The position numbers were made by a program, and so were the translations under genes. A stretch of 64,000 nucleotides of DNA from a virus, in the UHGV virus genome UHGV-1367859. The stretch is one strand, 5' to 3'. Below are positions 35,520 through 46,033 of this stretch, in pieces. The notes under the pieces are model-generated. The model was not told the origin of the DNA and did not search any database. It saw nothing but the letters and a program-made list of their open reading frames with translations. The stretch's first letter is position 1; every line of letters begins with the position of its first letter.

Positions 35520-36668
35520 ATGGAAGAACTATCACTAGATAACATTCTGACAGGCTCTGAGGTAGAGAACCTGTTCATAGATGATGACACATCACAGGAG
35601 CCTGCACCTGATGATACAGGCAAAGAAAAGAAGGATGATAAACCCGATGAGGGTAAAGAAAAAGAAACTACTGAGGTTAATGTAGACTCCTTGTTTACAG
35701 ACAAACCAGAGAGCGTAGGTAGTGGAGATACAGAGGAAAAGGAAGATACTGACCCCGACAAAGGCAGTACTTCTCCCAAAATTTACTCTTCCATTGCCAA
35801 AGCCTTTGCAGAGGAAGGTATCTTCCCAGACCTTGATGAAGAAGCTATTTCTAAAGTAGAAACTCCTGAAGACTTAAGAGAGCTTGTAGAGCAACAGATT
35901 AAAGCTGGTCTTGATGAAAGACAGAAGAGGATTGATGAGGCTCTCAATGTTGGAGTGGAACCTGATACTATCAGGCAGTATGAAGGTGCCATCAACTATC
36001 TTGACAGTATCAAGGATGACTCTATTGCAGCTGAGACTGATGAAGGAGAAAAGCTTAGGAAACAGCTAATATATCAGGACTTCATCAACAGAGGTTACAG
36101 TAAGGAAAGGGCTTCAAGAGAAGTTCAGAAATCCCTTAATGGAGGTACTGATGTAGATGATGCAAGAGAGGCTTTGAAAAGCAACAAGGAATACTTCAAG
36201 TCCAAATATGAGGAAGTAATTGAAGATGCCAAGAAAGAGGAAGAGGCAGAAGTAGCAAAGAGGAAGGAACAGGCTGAGAAGCTGAGAACATCTATCCTCA
36301 CTGAGAAGAAAGTCTTTGGTGATATAGAAGTTGACAAGACAACAAGGCAAAGAATATATGACAATATTGCCAAGCCTATATATAAAGACCCTGAGACAGG
36401 GGAAATGCTCACTGCCATTCAAAGATATGAAATGGAACATAGGACAGAGTTCTTAAAGAATCTTGGTCTTATATTCACACTTACAGATGGCTTCAAGAAC
36501 CTTGATGGGCTTGTAAAAGGTAAGGTAAGAAAAGAAGTAAAGAGAGGGTTCAGAGAACTGGAAAATACTCTAAACAATACTGCTAGAACCTCAGATGGTA
36601 ATCTTAACTATGCAAGTGGAGTTGATTCAGAATCCTTCATAGGTAAGGGCTGGACCATTGATGCTTAA
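35520..36668 (+). CDS. acidic Glu/Lys/Asp-rich protein (head scaffold-like candidate)
   Basis: 382 aa with strongly acidic low-complexity helical stretches. It follows a promoter and precedes the capsid candidate. No TAG. Confidence 0.4.
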   Translation: MEELSLDNILTGSEVENLFIDDDTSQEPAPDDTGKEKKDDKPDEGKEKETTEVNVDSLFTDKPESVGSGDTEEKEDTDPDKGSTSPKIYSSIAKAFAEEGIFPDLDEEAISKVETPEDLRELVEQQIKAGLDERQKRIDEALNVGVEPDTIRQYEGAINYLDSIKDDSIAAETDEGEKLRKQLIYQDFINRGYSKERASREVQKSLNGGTDVDDAREALKSNKEYFKSKYEEVIEDAKKEEEAEVAKRKEQAEKLRTSILTEKKVFGDIEVDKTTRQRIYDNIAKPIYKDPETGEMLTAIQRYEMEHRTEFLKNLGLIFTLTDGFKNLDGLVKGKVRKEVKRGFRELENTLNNTARTSDGNLNYASGVDSESFIGKGWTIDA

Positions 36669-36696
36669 TAAAATATAACCAATAATCAATTTATTT

Positions 36697-38211
36697 ATGG
36701 CTGGAAAACTGAATAAGTTCCAAATGATTGGCTTTTCTCACTGGAAAGGTCTGACAAAGGACAACCACCTTGGTCAAATCTTCCAGCTTGCTCCACAGAA
36801 GGCAACTAACCTAATGGTACAGCTATTAGCTTGGTATAGAGGTAAGACTCTTGATACCTTCCTAAGCCAGTTCCCTACAAAAGAGTTTGAAGATGACTCA
36901 GAATATTACTGGGATGTAATTGGCTCTACCAGAAGGAACATTCCTCTGCTTGAAGCAAGAGATGAGAATGGCAATGTAGTAACCGCAACAACTGTTGCCA
37001 ATGTGGGTGTTGGTACAGCTGTATTTGAGCTTGTCTTCCCTGAAGACTGGTTTGCTGATGGTGAAGTAATTGTAGGTAATCTGAATGAAGTATATCCCAT
37101 GAGGATTCTTGGTAATCCGAGAATGGAAGGTACTAATGCAGTTTACAAGGTAGAGCTAATGGGTGGAATAACCCAAGGTATTCCTGCTGAGAGACTCCTT
37201 CCAGGAGAAAGATTCAGCTATGAATATGCTCCTGTAGAAAGAGCACTTTCAAGGAAAGTTGGTGATGTTAGATTCACTTCTCCCGTATCTATGAGAAATG
37301 AATGGTCTACCATCAGAATCCAACATAAGGTACCTGGCAATATGCTCAACAAGAAACTTGCATGTGGTATTCCTGTAACAAAGGAAACTCCTACAGGTTA
37401 CACTAAGTCTGTGGTTAACATGTGGATGCACTATGTTGACTGGGAAGTTGAACAGACATTCTCTGAATACAAGAATAACATTCTTGCTTTTGGTAGAAGC
37501 AATAGAAACAACAATGGAGAGTATCTGAACTTTGGTAAGTCAGGTGAAGTTATCAAGATGGGTGCTGGTCTGTTTGAACAAATGGAAGTAGCAAATACCC
37601 AATACTACAACAAGTTCAGTCTGAAACTTCTTGAAGATGCTCTGTATGAACTGTCTGCATCCAAGCTTGACTTTGGTGACAGGTACTTCGTCATTAAGAC
37701 AGGTGAAAGAGGTGCTATACAATTCCATAAGGCTGTACTTCAGACTGTAAGTGGATGGACTCAGTTCACACTTAATGGTGATGCTCTGAATGTTGTTGAG
37801 AAGACACAAAGTACTCTTCATACTAATGCTCTTGCAGCTGGCTTCCAGTTTGTAGAGTACAGGGCACCTAATGGTGTAAGAGTGAAGCTTGATGTTGACC
37901 CATACTATGATGACCCAATAAGAAACAAGGTACAACACCCTGATGGTGGACCTGCCTTCTCTTACAGGTATGACATCATGTACATTGGTACTATGGACCA
38001 GCCCAATATCTTCAAGTGTAAGATTAAGGGACAAGATGAGTTCAGAGGTTATCAATGGGGATTGAGAAATCCTTTCACAGGTCAGCTTGGTAATCAATTC
38101 ATGTCATATGATGAAGATTCAGCTACCTTCCATAGGATGGCTACTCTTGGTATTTGTGTTCTTGACCCAACTAGAACAATGTCACTTATCCCTGCTATAC
38201 TACAGGGCTAA
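36697..38211 (+). CDS. major capsid protein candidate
   Basis: 504 aa, which matches the size of crAss-like HK97-fold capsid proteins. It is TAG-free, follows the scaffold-like gene and is followed by a strong terminator. Confidence 0.45.
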   Translation: MAGKLNKFQMIGFSHWKGLTKDNHLGQIFQLAPQKATNLMVQLLAWYRGKTLDTFLSQFPTKEFEDDSEYYWDVIGSTRRNIPLLEARDENGNVVTATTVANVGVGTAVFELVFPEDWFADGEVIVGNLNEVYPMRILGNPRMEGTNAVYKVELMGGITQGIPAERLLPGERFSYEYAPVERALSRKVGDVRFTSPVSMRNEWSTIRIQHKVPGNMLNKKLACGIPVTKETPTGYTKSVVNMWMHYVDWEVEQTFSEYKNNILAFGRSNRNNNGEYLNFGKSGEVIKMGAGLFEQMEVANTQYYNKFSLKLLEDALYELSASKLDFGDRYFVIKTGERGAIQFHKAVLQTVSGWTQFTLNGDALNVVEKTQSTLHTNALAAGFQFVEYRAPNGVRVKLDVDPYYDDPIRNKVQHPDGGPAFSYRYDIMYIGTMDQPNIFKCKIKGQDEFRGYQWGLRNPFTGQLGNQFMSYDEDSATFHRMATLGICVLDPTRTMSLIPAILQG

Positions 38212-38220
38212 ACAAAATAA

Positions 38221-38254
38221 GGGGGAGAGAGCAATTCTCTCTTCCCCTTTCTTT
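38221..38254 (+). terminator. Rho-independent terminator
   Basis: gggggagagag-caatt-ctctcttcccc followed by tttcttt. Confidence 0.8.
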
Positions 38255-38273
38255 AACTTCATAAGGAGAAGAT

Positions 38274-39269
38274 ATGGCAAAGAAAAATATGGAAGAAATA
38301 GATGTAGCTCAGATTGACCTATCTGATGAGTTGCCTCTACAAGAGGTGCCAAAAGTTGTTCCTATAGTTGAGGAACAGCCCGCAAGAAGAGCACCAAAGC
38401 AGCTAATAAACTGCTTAAGAAATGAAAGAATCATTGTGAGACATATACCCAAGCTTGGTGGTATGATTACTAATCCCAAACATATACTCTATGGAGGTAT
38501 GGCCGAGAATGCTACCAAGACATTTACAGTACCTAGGTTAAGCTCAGGTATGTACGTGAATGTACTGACAGATGATGAAAAGGCTTTCCTTGAACATATC
38601 ATGAGACTTGAGGTAAATGCTCTATCTATCTATAGAAAAACAGATAACTTCTGGGATGACACAAATGATAAGGGTATCTCAAGGGTAAGACTTACCAAGC
38701 AAGATAATTATTTTAATCTGGCAGACCCAGAAGATTATATCAGATATAAGATTCTTCTAGCTAATAAGAACTATATTGCTCCCTCACTTGAGGCACTATA
38801 GGATGCTCCCAAGGCAAGCTATCAGTTTGTAATCATTTCTGAAGGTGATGAAACTAAGAATGCTAAGGTTAACATGAGTACTACAATGAAGTGCTATAAG
38901 GAGTTTGGTAAGATAGAGGAAGATGCAGATACACTGAGAGTCATCATTGAAACTATTGATGGTAGACCCCTTGCTTCTACATCTAAGCTTGAGTTCTTAC
39001 AGACCAAGGCTAATGACCTTATCCAAGCAGATAGTAAAATCTTCCTTAGAGCTATTACAGACCCAATGCTTCCTACCAAAGTCCTTATTAGGAAAGCTAT
39101 TGAAGCAGGTCTTATCTCTAATAGAGGAAATTATCTATATCTAAGGAGTGATAATGCCCCATTATGTGAAGCTAATGAAGAACCTACACTCAACATAGCA
39201 GCTAAGTATCTTAATAATCCCAAGCATCAAGAAATTAAATTTTCTCTTGAGGCTAAGTTAAGGCAGTAA
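38274..39269 (+). CDS. hypothetical virion protein with in-frame TAG at 38799
   Basis: Track ORFs 38274..38801 and 38874..39269 share one frame across the TAG. TAA stop. Confidence 0.5.
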
Positions 39270-39287
39270 CTTTAATCTTTAAGTTAC

Positions 39288-40082
39288 ATGTCGCAAATTG
39301 AAAACCTTATGACTGCGGAAGAAAGAAGAATAAGAAATTAGGAATTTAGTAATGAGTTTGATATAATTTACAACAGCATTACAAGTAATCAGGCTCCTGG
39401 TTTGGATGAATATGAGAAGTCTGTATTTCTAACTAAGGCTCAAGATGAAGTAGTAAAAGCTTATTTTAGTCCAAAAACTAATAAGTCTCAAGAAGGTTTT
39501 GACGGAAGTGAGATAAGGTAGATTGATTTCTCTATGCTCGTGGGAGACCGTACAATAGCAGATGCAGACTCTTTTTTAGATGCACACTTTGGCAATAGAA
39601 AAAGCAGTAAAAGTATCATCCTTCAAGATGATATATTCATGTTTATCAACGAGTATGTTACAGTTTAGAGAGGTAATAACGAAACTAGATTAACTGTTAT
39701 CCCTATTAGTTACTTGGAGTATAATAGACTCACTAGCAAACCTTACAAATATCCTCTAAAAAACCAAGCTTGGAGATTGCTTATTTCTGACAGTAATAGA
39801 AAGAAAGTTGAATTAATTTTAGGATATTAGGATTCCTTAATTAGTTATACCTATAGATTTGTTAGACGTCCTAAAGCTATTAGACTAAGTACATTTGACG
39901 GTCTTACTATAGGAGGTGAGAGTAGTGAGGAATGTTGTGAGCTTGACCCAATACTATTTCCAGAGATTATTCAAAGAGCTTGTGAGCTAGCTAAGGCTGC
40001 TTATATTGGAGACCTTACTTCACAGGTTGCTCTTGGTCAGACATCACAGACTAATATGGGTATTGTAACTCAAAGTAGATAA
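39288..40082 (+). CDS. virion protein, paralogue A (5 in-frame TAGs)
   Basis: One frame runs from ATG 39288 to TAA 40080. EFSNEFD ... DEYEKSVFLTKAQDEV is homologous to the N-terminus of the next gene. No track ORF covers it. Confidence 0.5.
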
Positions 40083-40084
40083 TT

Positions 40085-40780
40085 ATGACAAATGAAGAGT
40101 TCTCAAATGAATTTGACAGCTTAGTCAACAGCAACTCTATCATCAAGCCATTTGGTGTAGACTCTATGCCATTGGAATTTGATGAATATGAAAAGTCAAT
40201 GTTCCTTACAAAGGCACAGGAGAGTATAGTGATAGCACTCTACAATGGAAACCTTATAGGAGATTCATTTGAGAAAACAGAGGAACTTAGAAGGTACTTA
40301 AGTGGCCTAGTAAAGGATTACCCTGCTACTGAATATGTAAGAGGTAATAGCCTGACAGGTGACTCTTATATCTTTAACCTTCCTGAGGATGTTTGGTTTA
40401 TAACCTATGAAGCTGTAACATCAGATGATGAGAAACTAGGTTGTGCTAAAGGTTCCATTATGGAAGTAGTTCCTGTATCTCAAGATGAACTTCATAAAAC
40501 AAGAAGCAATCCATTTAGAATGCCTAACAAGAGGAGGGTATTAAGGCTTGATGTGGAAGACAATAAGGTAGAACTTATCTCTGCATTTACTATAAGTAAA
40601 TATCAAATTAGATACTTATCAAAGCCAGACCCCATAATCCTTGTAGACCTGCCTGATGGACTGACAATAAATAAATTATCAAAAGCAACTAAATGCAAAT
40701 TAAACCCTGCAATACACAGAGTAATACTAGAAATGGCAGTTAGCCTTGCCTTGAAGAGTAGAACCAGTGCAGGTAAGTAA
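40085..40780 (+). CDS. virion protein, paralogue B (TAG-free)
   Basis: 231 aa. EFSNEFD ... FDEYEKSMFLTKAQESI is similar to paralogue A. Confidence 0.5.
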   Translation: MTNEEFSNEFDSLVNSNSIIKPFGVDSMPLEFDEYEKSMFLTKAQESIVIALYNGNLIGDSFEKTEELRRYLSGLVKDYPATEYVRGNSLTGDSYIFNLPEDVWFITYEAVTSDDEKLGCAKGSIMEVVPVSQDELHKTRSNPFRMPNKRRVLRLDVEDNKVELISAFTISKYQIRYLSKPDPIILVDLPDGLTINKLSKATKCKLNPAIHRVILEMAVSLALKSRTSAGK

Positions 40781-40798
40781 AACTTAATAAAATAAATT

Positions 40799-41842
40799 AT
40801 GGTATTTTCAACTAACCAAGTAAGACAACTTTATGTAGTCACAGCAGTACAGGGTGCTGCAAAGGGGACAGATGGTAAGGTGAGTGAATCAGATGCTGCT
40901 GGTACCATTGCTCTCAAGGCTGATGCTGAAGGTAAGAACCTGTTCTTCCAGTATAAGGGGGCTGATAACCTTATGAGGAGTGACCTCATCAACATAGACA
41001 ATATTCTCTATGCCAAGGCTGTAAGTGCAGAGGCTGCTACTCAGAAGTATGCACTCAAGCAGGCTGTAGTTAAACTTGATGCTACTGTAAATGGTGGTGC
41101 TCCTATTGGAGGTCAGGATTACATCCTTAGAATCTGCATCAATCCTTATATAGGCATGTCTGATGAGGGACCCTATTATAAGTATGGTGCTGTACATGCT
41201 ACAAGAAACATGACTGCTGCTCAGTTCTATACTAAGCTTGCAGCTTCTCTCTACAAGAACTTCAGCAGAGAACTTAGCAAGATGCTTGAGTTCACTATAG
41301 CTGGAAAGGTTGTAGGAAGGGTAAAGACAGATGTCAATGGGGAAGAAACTCTGATTGATACTACTGGAGCAGCTATTACTGTAGCTGAGGACTATGAGGA
41401 TGGTGTTACTATCACAGAGGTAGAACAGGAATGGACTCGTGGTATCAAGGAGCAGTCTGAGGTTAATTTCACAGTTACTCCTACTACAGTAACCTTTGAT
41501 GGTGAAGAAGTTAAGTGGGGTACAGTGACAGTAAGTGACTCTGCTAAGGTAAGAAACAATGGCAGAATGATTGCAGACCTTGAGTACTTCTGCATGGGTG
41601 AAAGAGGTGACCAATACAGAGATATTGGATGGCCTAATAGCATTCCAACCAAGTATCTTATTGACAACCCTGATACTGCATACAATGTCCTTGAAATCCA
41701 CTATGCTTATGTAGGTTCTAATGAAGGACCACAAAGGTCAGAGAAGGATATCACTATTGTATGTGCTGACAAGGCACAGCTAAACAAGCTCATTGGTCAG
41801 TTTGCTGAAGCCTCTAAGGTACAGGTTGCAGAACTAGCCTAA
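40799..41842 (+). CDS. abundant structural protein candidate (347 aa)
   Basis: TAG-free and followed immediately by a strong terminator. The composition suggests a beta-rich Ig-like fold. Function not assigned. Confidence 0.4.
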   Translation: MVFSTNQVRQLYVVTAVQGAAKGTDGKVSESDAAGTIALKADAEGKNLFFQYKGADNLMRSDLINIDNILYAKAVSAEAATQKYALKQAVVKLDATVNGGAPIGGQDYILRICINPYIGMSDEGPYYKYGAVHATRNMTAAQFYTKLAASLYKNFSRELSKMLEFTIAGKVVGRVKTDVNGEETLIDTTGAAITVAEDYEDGVTITEVEQEWTRGIKEQSEVNFTVTPTTVTFDGEEVKWGTVTVSDSAKVRNNGRMIADLEYFCMGERGDQYRDIGWPNSIPTKYLIDNPDTAYNVLEIHYAYVGSNEGPQRSEKDITIVCADKAQLNKLIGQFAEASKVQVAELA

Positions 41843-41846
41843 TCAT

Positions 41847-41880
41847 AAGGGAGGTCAAAAGCCTCCCTTTTTTATTTTAT
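41847..41880 (+). terminator. Rho-independent terminator
   Basis: aagggagg-tcaaaag-cctccctt followed by ttttttatttt. Confidence 0.8.
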
Positions 41881-41885
41881 ACACT

Positions 41886-42401
41886 ATGATAAAGTATAAT
41901 AAGCTACAGATAGATGGTAACAAGCTCATAATAGACTTTGAGATAGAAGACAAGCCCTATTATGACAGTTTAAGTATAGAGGGTGTAAGAGTTGATACCC
42001 CTCTTACTTATGGAACTGACACTCCATACTTTCTTTACGATGAAGATGATGTAACCCAATATACTACAGAAATCTTCATTCCAGATGCCAAGAAAGAACT
42101 TCTTATCATCACTCCTATAGTCTATATCTCTCTCCCCCCTGATACTCCTTGTGGAGCTGATGTTATTGATATGGCTGCCATTTATGATAGAAATATCTTG
42201 ATAGATAAGGGGCTTGGATACCTTAAAGAGCTTGGGGATACCTGTGAAATATCAAGGGGCTTTGTTGATTTCATACTTAACAGATATGCTCTTGATATGG
42301 CTATAGCTACTTGCAACTATAGTACTGCTATTAAGTACTGGAAGATGCTCACAATGGTAAAAGGAACAACTCTAAAAGGATGTGGATGCAATGGAAGATA
42401 A
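41886..42401 (+). CDS. hypothetical protein
   Basis: 171 aa ORF. Confidence 0.4.
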   Translation: MIKYNKLQIDGNKLIIDFEIEDKPYYDSLSIEGVRVDTPLTYGTDTPYFLYDEDDVTQYTTEIFIPDAKKELLIITPIVYISLPPDTPCGADVIDMAAIYDRNILIDKGLGYLKELGDTCEISRGFVDFILNRYALDMAIATCNYSTAIKYWKMLTMVKGTTLKGCGCNGR

Positions 42402-42627
42402 TAAGCTATATGAAACACTCAACAGATACTTCAAGAGGTTATCTCAGGTGGGTTATATTGCTGATAGTGACACATTCTCTGTTCTAGTACTGACTTACAT
42501 TACAGAGTTGAAGAAAGAACCCTCACTAACTACTGAACAGAAGTATATTATAGAGAGAGCACTTTCTTGTCTACAAGGAAGCTGCCTCATTCCTTATGAT
42601 TCATGTAAAGGAACTTGTATACAGTAA
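42382..42627 (+). CDS. hypothetical protein
   Basis: 81 aa ORF. Confidence 0.3.
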   Translation: MDAMEDNKLYETLNRYFKRLSQVGYIADSDTFSVLVLTYITELKKEPSLTTEQKYIIERALSCLQGSCLIPYDSCKGTCIQ

Positions 42628-42666
42628 AAAATAAAAATTATTATGCTCTTGCAGGATAAGTAAATT

Positions 42667-42674
42667 TTGCTTAC
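42667..42674 (+). promoter_or_regulatory. -7 promoter box TACCTTTG
   Basis: aattttgcttacctttgtacc, upstream of the frameshifted GIY-YIG gene. Confidence 0.45.
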
Positions 42675-42720
42675 CTTTGTACCTAAATATAATCTTAGTG
42701 CAAAGGTAAGCATTTTTAGT

Positions 42721-43372
42721 ATGGTTAGAGGAATTATATACAGATATTTATCTCCTAGTGGGAAGTCTTATATTGGACAAACTACTAATGAGAAACTAAG
42801 ACGAAGAAGTTGGATGTCTGATAAATACCACTATGCTGGAGCTAAAATAGATAGAGCCAGAGCCAAGTATGGTAGTAGCTCATTCTTATATGAAGTATTA
42901 TATATCTAAGAAGCTCGCAATAGAGGACCTAAATAGATTAGAAATATACTACATAGGGCTTTATGATTCATATAGGAATGGTTATAATTGTACTATAGGT
43001 GGGGATGGAGTCCAAGGATTCAATATGAGTGTTTCTCAAAAAGAGCATCTCAGGGAATGTAATCTAGGAAAGAAATTATCTGCATCTACGAAGAGAAAGA
43101 TAGGAATTGCTTCTAGAAGATGGCAAAATACTCCAATTAATAGAGGAAGGATGTCCTCTATAAGAAAAGGCAGAAAAAATCCGAATGCAATAGCAGCAAT
43201 GACCTTAGCTAAAGAGAGACCTATATTGCAGTTCACAATGTCTGGTGAGTTTATTAGAGAGTTCCCCAGTATTAAGGCAGCTTATGAGTTTCTTGGTAAA
43301 GAAGGTAACATAACAAGTGTGTGTAAAGGTAGAAGAGCCTCTGCCTTTGGCTATGTATGGAAGTATAAATAA
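42721..43372 (+). pseudogene. GIY-YIG homing endonuclease disrupted by a frameshift near 42870-42909
   Basis: The GIY ... YIG half (IIYRYLSPSGKSYIGQTTN ... R ... Y) is in track frame 42667..42909. The catalytic Glu/Asn half and NUMOD repeats are in frame 42869..43372. Compare the intact copies at 18317 and 44125. Confidence 0.45.
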
Positions 43373-43394
43373 ATCAAAAAAAAGAAAAATAAAT

Positions 43395-44123
43395 ATGACA
43401 TATAGAGAAATTGCTTACATGTGTCTAGATTCTTTGAAAGTAGTATCTGATGACTCATACATAACATTGGAGCATGTCCTATTTCTAATATCAAAGTTAA
43501 GAGCTTTAATACTGAAGCAAAGATATTCTGATATAAAGAAAGAGATACCCCAAAGTAACTACCAAACTATCTGTTTAGACCTTATACAAGTACCTGCTAT
43601 TGCAGGAGAACCTTGTGAGGGTGGTACATATCTTAGGAGTGAAAAGAAAGTGCCTTCAACTATGTCTATAGGTACAAACACAGTGTATCCTGTAGACTTC
43701 TATCAAGGTACCCATATTACTTATGTAAGTAGGGAAAGAATGAGATATGTGGGTGAAAATAAATGGCTTAAGAATATTATCTATGTATCGAAAGGCCCAG
43801 ATGATTACCTATATTTCAAGTCAAGTAACCCCCAGTTCCTATACCTTGAAAAGGTAAGAATGACAGGCATCTTTGAAGACCCTGACAAAGCAGCAGAACT
43901 TGAGTGTGACTCAGGTGATAAGAAATGTGATGTACTAGACAGGGAGTTCCCTCTTGAAGAAGGACTTGCATCTACACTGATTGAACTTGTAGTCAAGTAT
44001 CTCTCTGGTGCAGTGTATAGGGGAAAAGATACTGCCAACAATGCTTCAGATGATTTGTCGGATATAGCAACATTTATTAGAAGAAATATGAAGGGTAATT
44101 TTCAAAAGCAATTAGAGGAGTAA
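43395..44123 (+). CDS. hypothetical protein
   Basis: Track ORF 43317..44123. The likely start is the internal ATG 43395 (MTYREIAY ...). Confidence 0.4.
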   Translation: MTYREIAYMCLDSLKVVSDDSYITLEHVLFLISKLRALILKQRYSDIKKEIPQSNYQTICLDLIQVPAIAGEPCEGGTYLRSEKKVPSTMSIGTNTVYPVDFYQGTHITYVSRERMRYVGENKWLKNIIYVSKGPDDYLYFKSSNPQFLYLEKVRMTGIFEDPDKAAELECDSGDKKCDVLDREFPLEEGLASTLIELVVKYLSGAVYRGKDTANNASDDLSDIATFIRRNMKGNFQKQLEE

Positions 44124-44124
44124 G

Positions 44125-44832
44125 ATGAAAGAATATTGTTTATATAAACATACCACCCCATCAGGCAAAGTATACATAGGTATAACCAGCCAAGACCCAC
44201 TTCACAGATGGAACAATGGTAAGGGTTACTTTAACTGCAAGAACTCTCCCTTCAAAAATAGTATAATAAAGTATGGATGGGACAATATAACGCATGAAAT
44301 ACTTTATACTGGAATGACAGAACAAGAAGCTATAAGTAAGGAGAAACAATATATAGCCTATTATAAAAACTTAGGGGTCAGTCTTAATATAACAGATGGG
44401 GGAGAAGGATGCACAGGGGTTACTCCTTGGAACAAGGGTATTAAAGTTCCTTATGAAAAATCCAATAAGAGAAGGGGATGTACTCTTACAGAATCTCATA
44501 AGAAGAAGTTGAGTATAGCCCATAGAGGAAAATCATCTAGAGGTTCTGGATGGAAAATGAGTGAGAAACAAAAGGAATGTCTTAGACAAGTAAATCTTGG
44601 TAGGAAAAGACCTATGTGTGAAAGGTTGAAAATATCTGAGAACTCACCAATGTCTAAGATTGTACAAATGCTTGATAGGGAGGGAGAAGTACTAGCTGTG
44701 TACAAATCAGCTACAGAAGCAGCCTTAGCTCTAGGAGTAGATAAATCATGGTTAAGTAAGTGTTGCAGGACTGGTAAGCTTTGCAGAGGATACAAGTTCA
44801 AATATGGAGGAGTTCAGAAAGAAGGTACTTAA
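44125..44832 (+). CDS. GIY-YIG homing endonuclease
   Basis: CLYKHTTPSGKVYIGITS ... R ... YGWDN ... E ... Y ... NITDGGEG plus NUMOD-like repeats. Confidence 0.7.
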   Translation: MKEYCLYKHTTPSGKVYIGITSQDPLHRWNNGKGYFNCKNSPFKNSIIKYGWDNITHEILYTGMTEQEAISKEKQYIAYYKNLGVSLNITDGGEGCTGVTPWNKGIKVPYEKSNKRRGCTLTESHKKKLSIAHRGKSSRGSGWKMSEKQKECLRQVNLGRKRPMCERLKISENSPMSKIVQMLDREGEVLAVYKSATEAALALGVDKSWLSKCCRTGKLCRGYKFKYGGVQKEGT

Positions 44833-45328
44833 AGTAAGTGAGTCAAGAGTCTATAGAGTGAATAACTCATATGGAGTATATGATGCCTACAAGTATATCA
44901 GAAAGAACAAGTGGTTTGATATAGGACAACCTGTCACAGAGCATCAGTTCTACTCCATTATAAGAAGAATGAATAACCTCCTTGCTGATACACTCATACA
45001 TGGACATGACATAGAACTGCCATGCAGGATGGGTACCATAGAGGTAAGGAAGTATGATGCAAGAGTCTCAATTGAAGATGGCAAGGTTAAGACAAACCTT
45101 CCTATAGATTGGGACAGAACACTTAAACTATGGTCAGAAGATGAGGAAGCCTATAAGGAAAGAACACTCATTAAAATGGAGGAAAAAGAAATCTTCAAGG
45201 TCTACTATAACAGGATTGATGCAGACTACAACAATAAATCCCTCTATGAATTTGTAGTGAACAGAGACCTTAAAAGGAGATTGAAGCAAAGAATTAAAAG
45301 TGGTAACTTTGATGCTTTTAAGATATGA
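44804..45328 (+). CDS. hypothetical protein
   Basis: 174 aa ORF. Confidence 0.4.
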   Translation: MEEFRKKVLKVSESRVYRVNNSYGVYDAYKYIRKNKWFDIGQPVTEHQFYSIIRRMNNLLADTLIHGHDIELPCRMGTIEVRKYDARVSIEDGKVKTNLPIDWDRTLKLWSEDEEAYKERTLIKMEEKEIFKVYYNRIDADYNNKSLYEFVVNRDLKRRLKQRIKSGNFDAFKI

Positions 45329-46023
45329 CAAAATATATAAGCATAAGACAAGTTCTTGATAACCTGATGGATAATCCCTTGCTACAAGATTTATCTTTAG
45401 AAAGGGCAGTCAATTATGCTGTCAGGTTCATACAGAAGGTAGGTATGCCCTCAATATTCCTTGAGAAAACAGAGAAGGTTGAGATAGAGAATTATAGAGG
45501 TAAGCTACCTTGCGACTTCTATGAAATGATACAGGTAAGAGCAGTTGGTCATAACTGTAATGGAGTACTTCATGAAGTATTCAGATACTCTACTGATTCA
45601 TTTCATATGAGTCCTGATAAGACAAGAGATAATGACCTTACCTATAAACTACAGGGAAGTTGTATTTTTACTTCTATGAAGGAAGGAACTATAGAAGTAG
45701 CTTATAGAGCTTTCTCGACAGATGAAGAAGGATTCCCTCTCATACCAGAGAATGGTTCTTTTGAGGAAGCACTTGAGCTATTTATAAAGGTAAAACATTT
45801 TACAGTTCAGTTTGAGCTTGGTAGGATAACTCAACAGGTTCTGCAACACGCAGAACAACAATATGCTTGGGCAGTGGGTCAAGCTCAGTCTGACCTTGTT
45901 AGGCCCTCTATTGACCAACTCCAATCTTTCACTAATTCTTGGAATACTTTAATCTCCAGGACTAATGAGCATAGCAAAGGGTTTAAAACTCTTGGTTCTA
46001 AGGAGTATATCAAACTTCATTAA
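45325..46023 (+). CDS. hypothetical protein
   Basis: 232 aa. The start overlaps the previous stop as ATGA. Confidence 0.4.
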   Translation: MTKYISIRQVLDNLMDNPLLQDLSLERAVNYAVRFIQKVGMPSIFLEKTEKVEIENYRGKLPCDFYEMIQVRAVGHNCNGVLHEVFRYSTDSFHMSPDKTRDNDLTYKLQGSCIFTSMKEGTIEVAYRAFSTDEEGFPLIPENGSFEEALELFIKVKHFTVQFELGRITQQVLQHAEQQYAWAVGQAQSDLVRPSIDQLQSFTNSWNTLISRTNEHSKGFKTLGSKEYIKLH

Positions 46024-46033
46024 TTATATTAAC

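Noticed and set aside
36114-41734. Minus-strand ORFs inside the structural block (36114..36440, 37540..38097, 40889..41734, 41392..41685, 59147..59509 and others)
   Set aside because: They lie antisense within long, well-supported plus-strand genes and have low-complexity, Ser/Leu/Ile-rich translations. They are likely spurious frames of AT-rich coding DNA.
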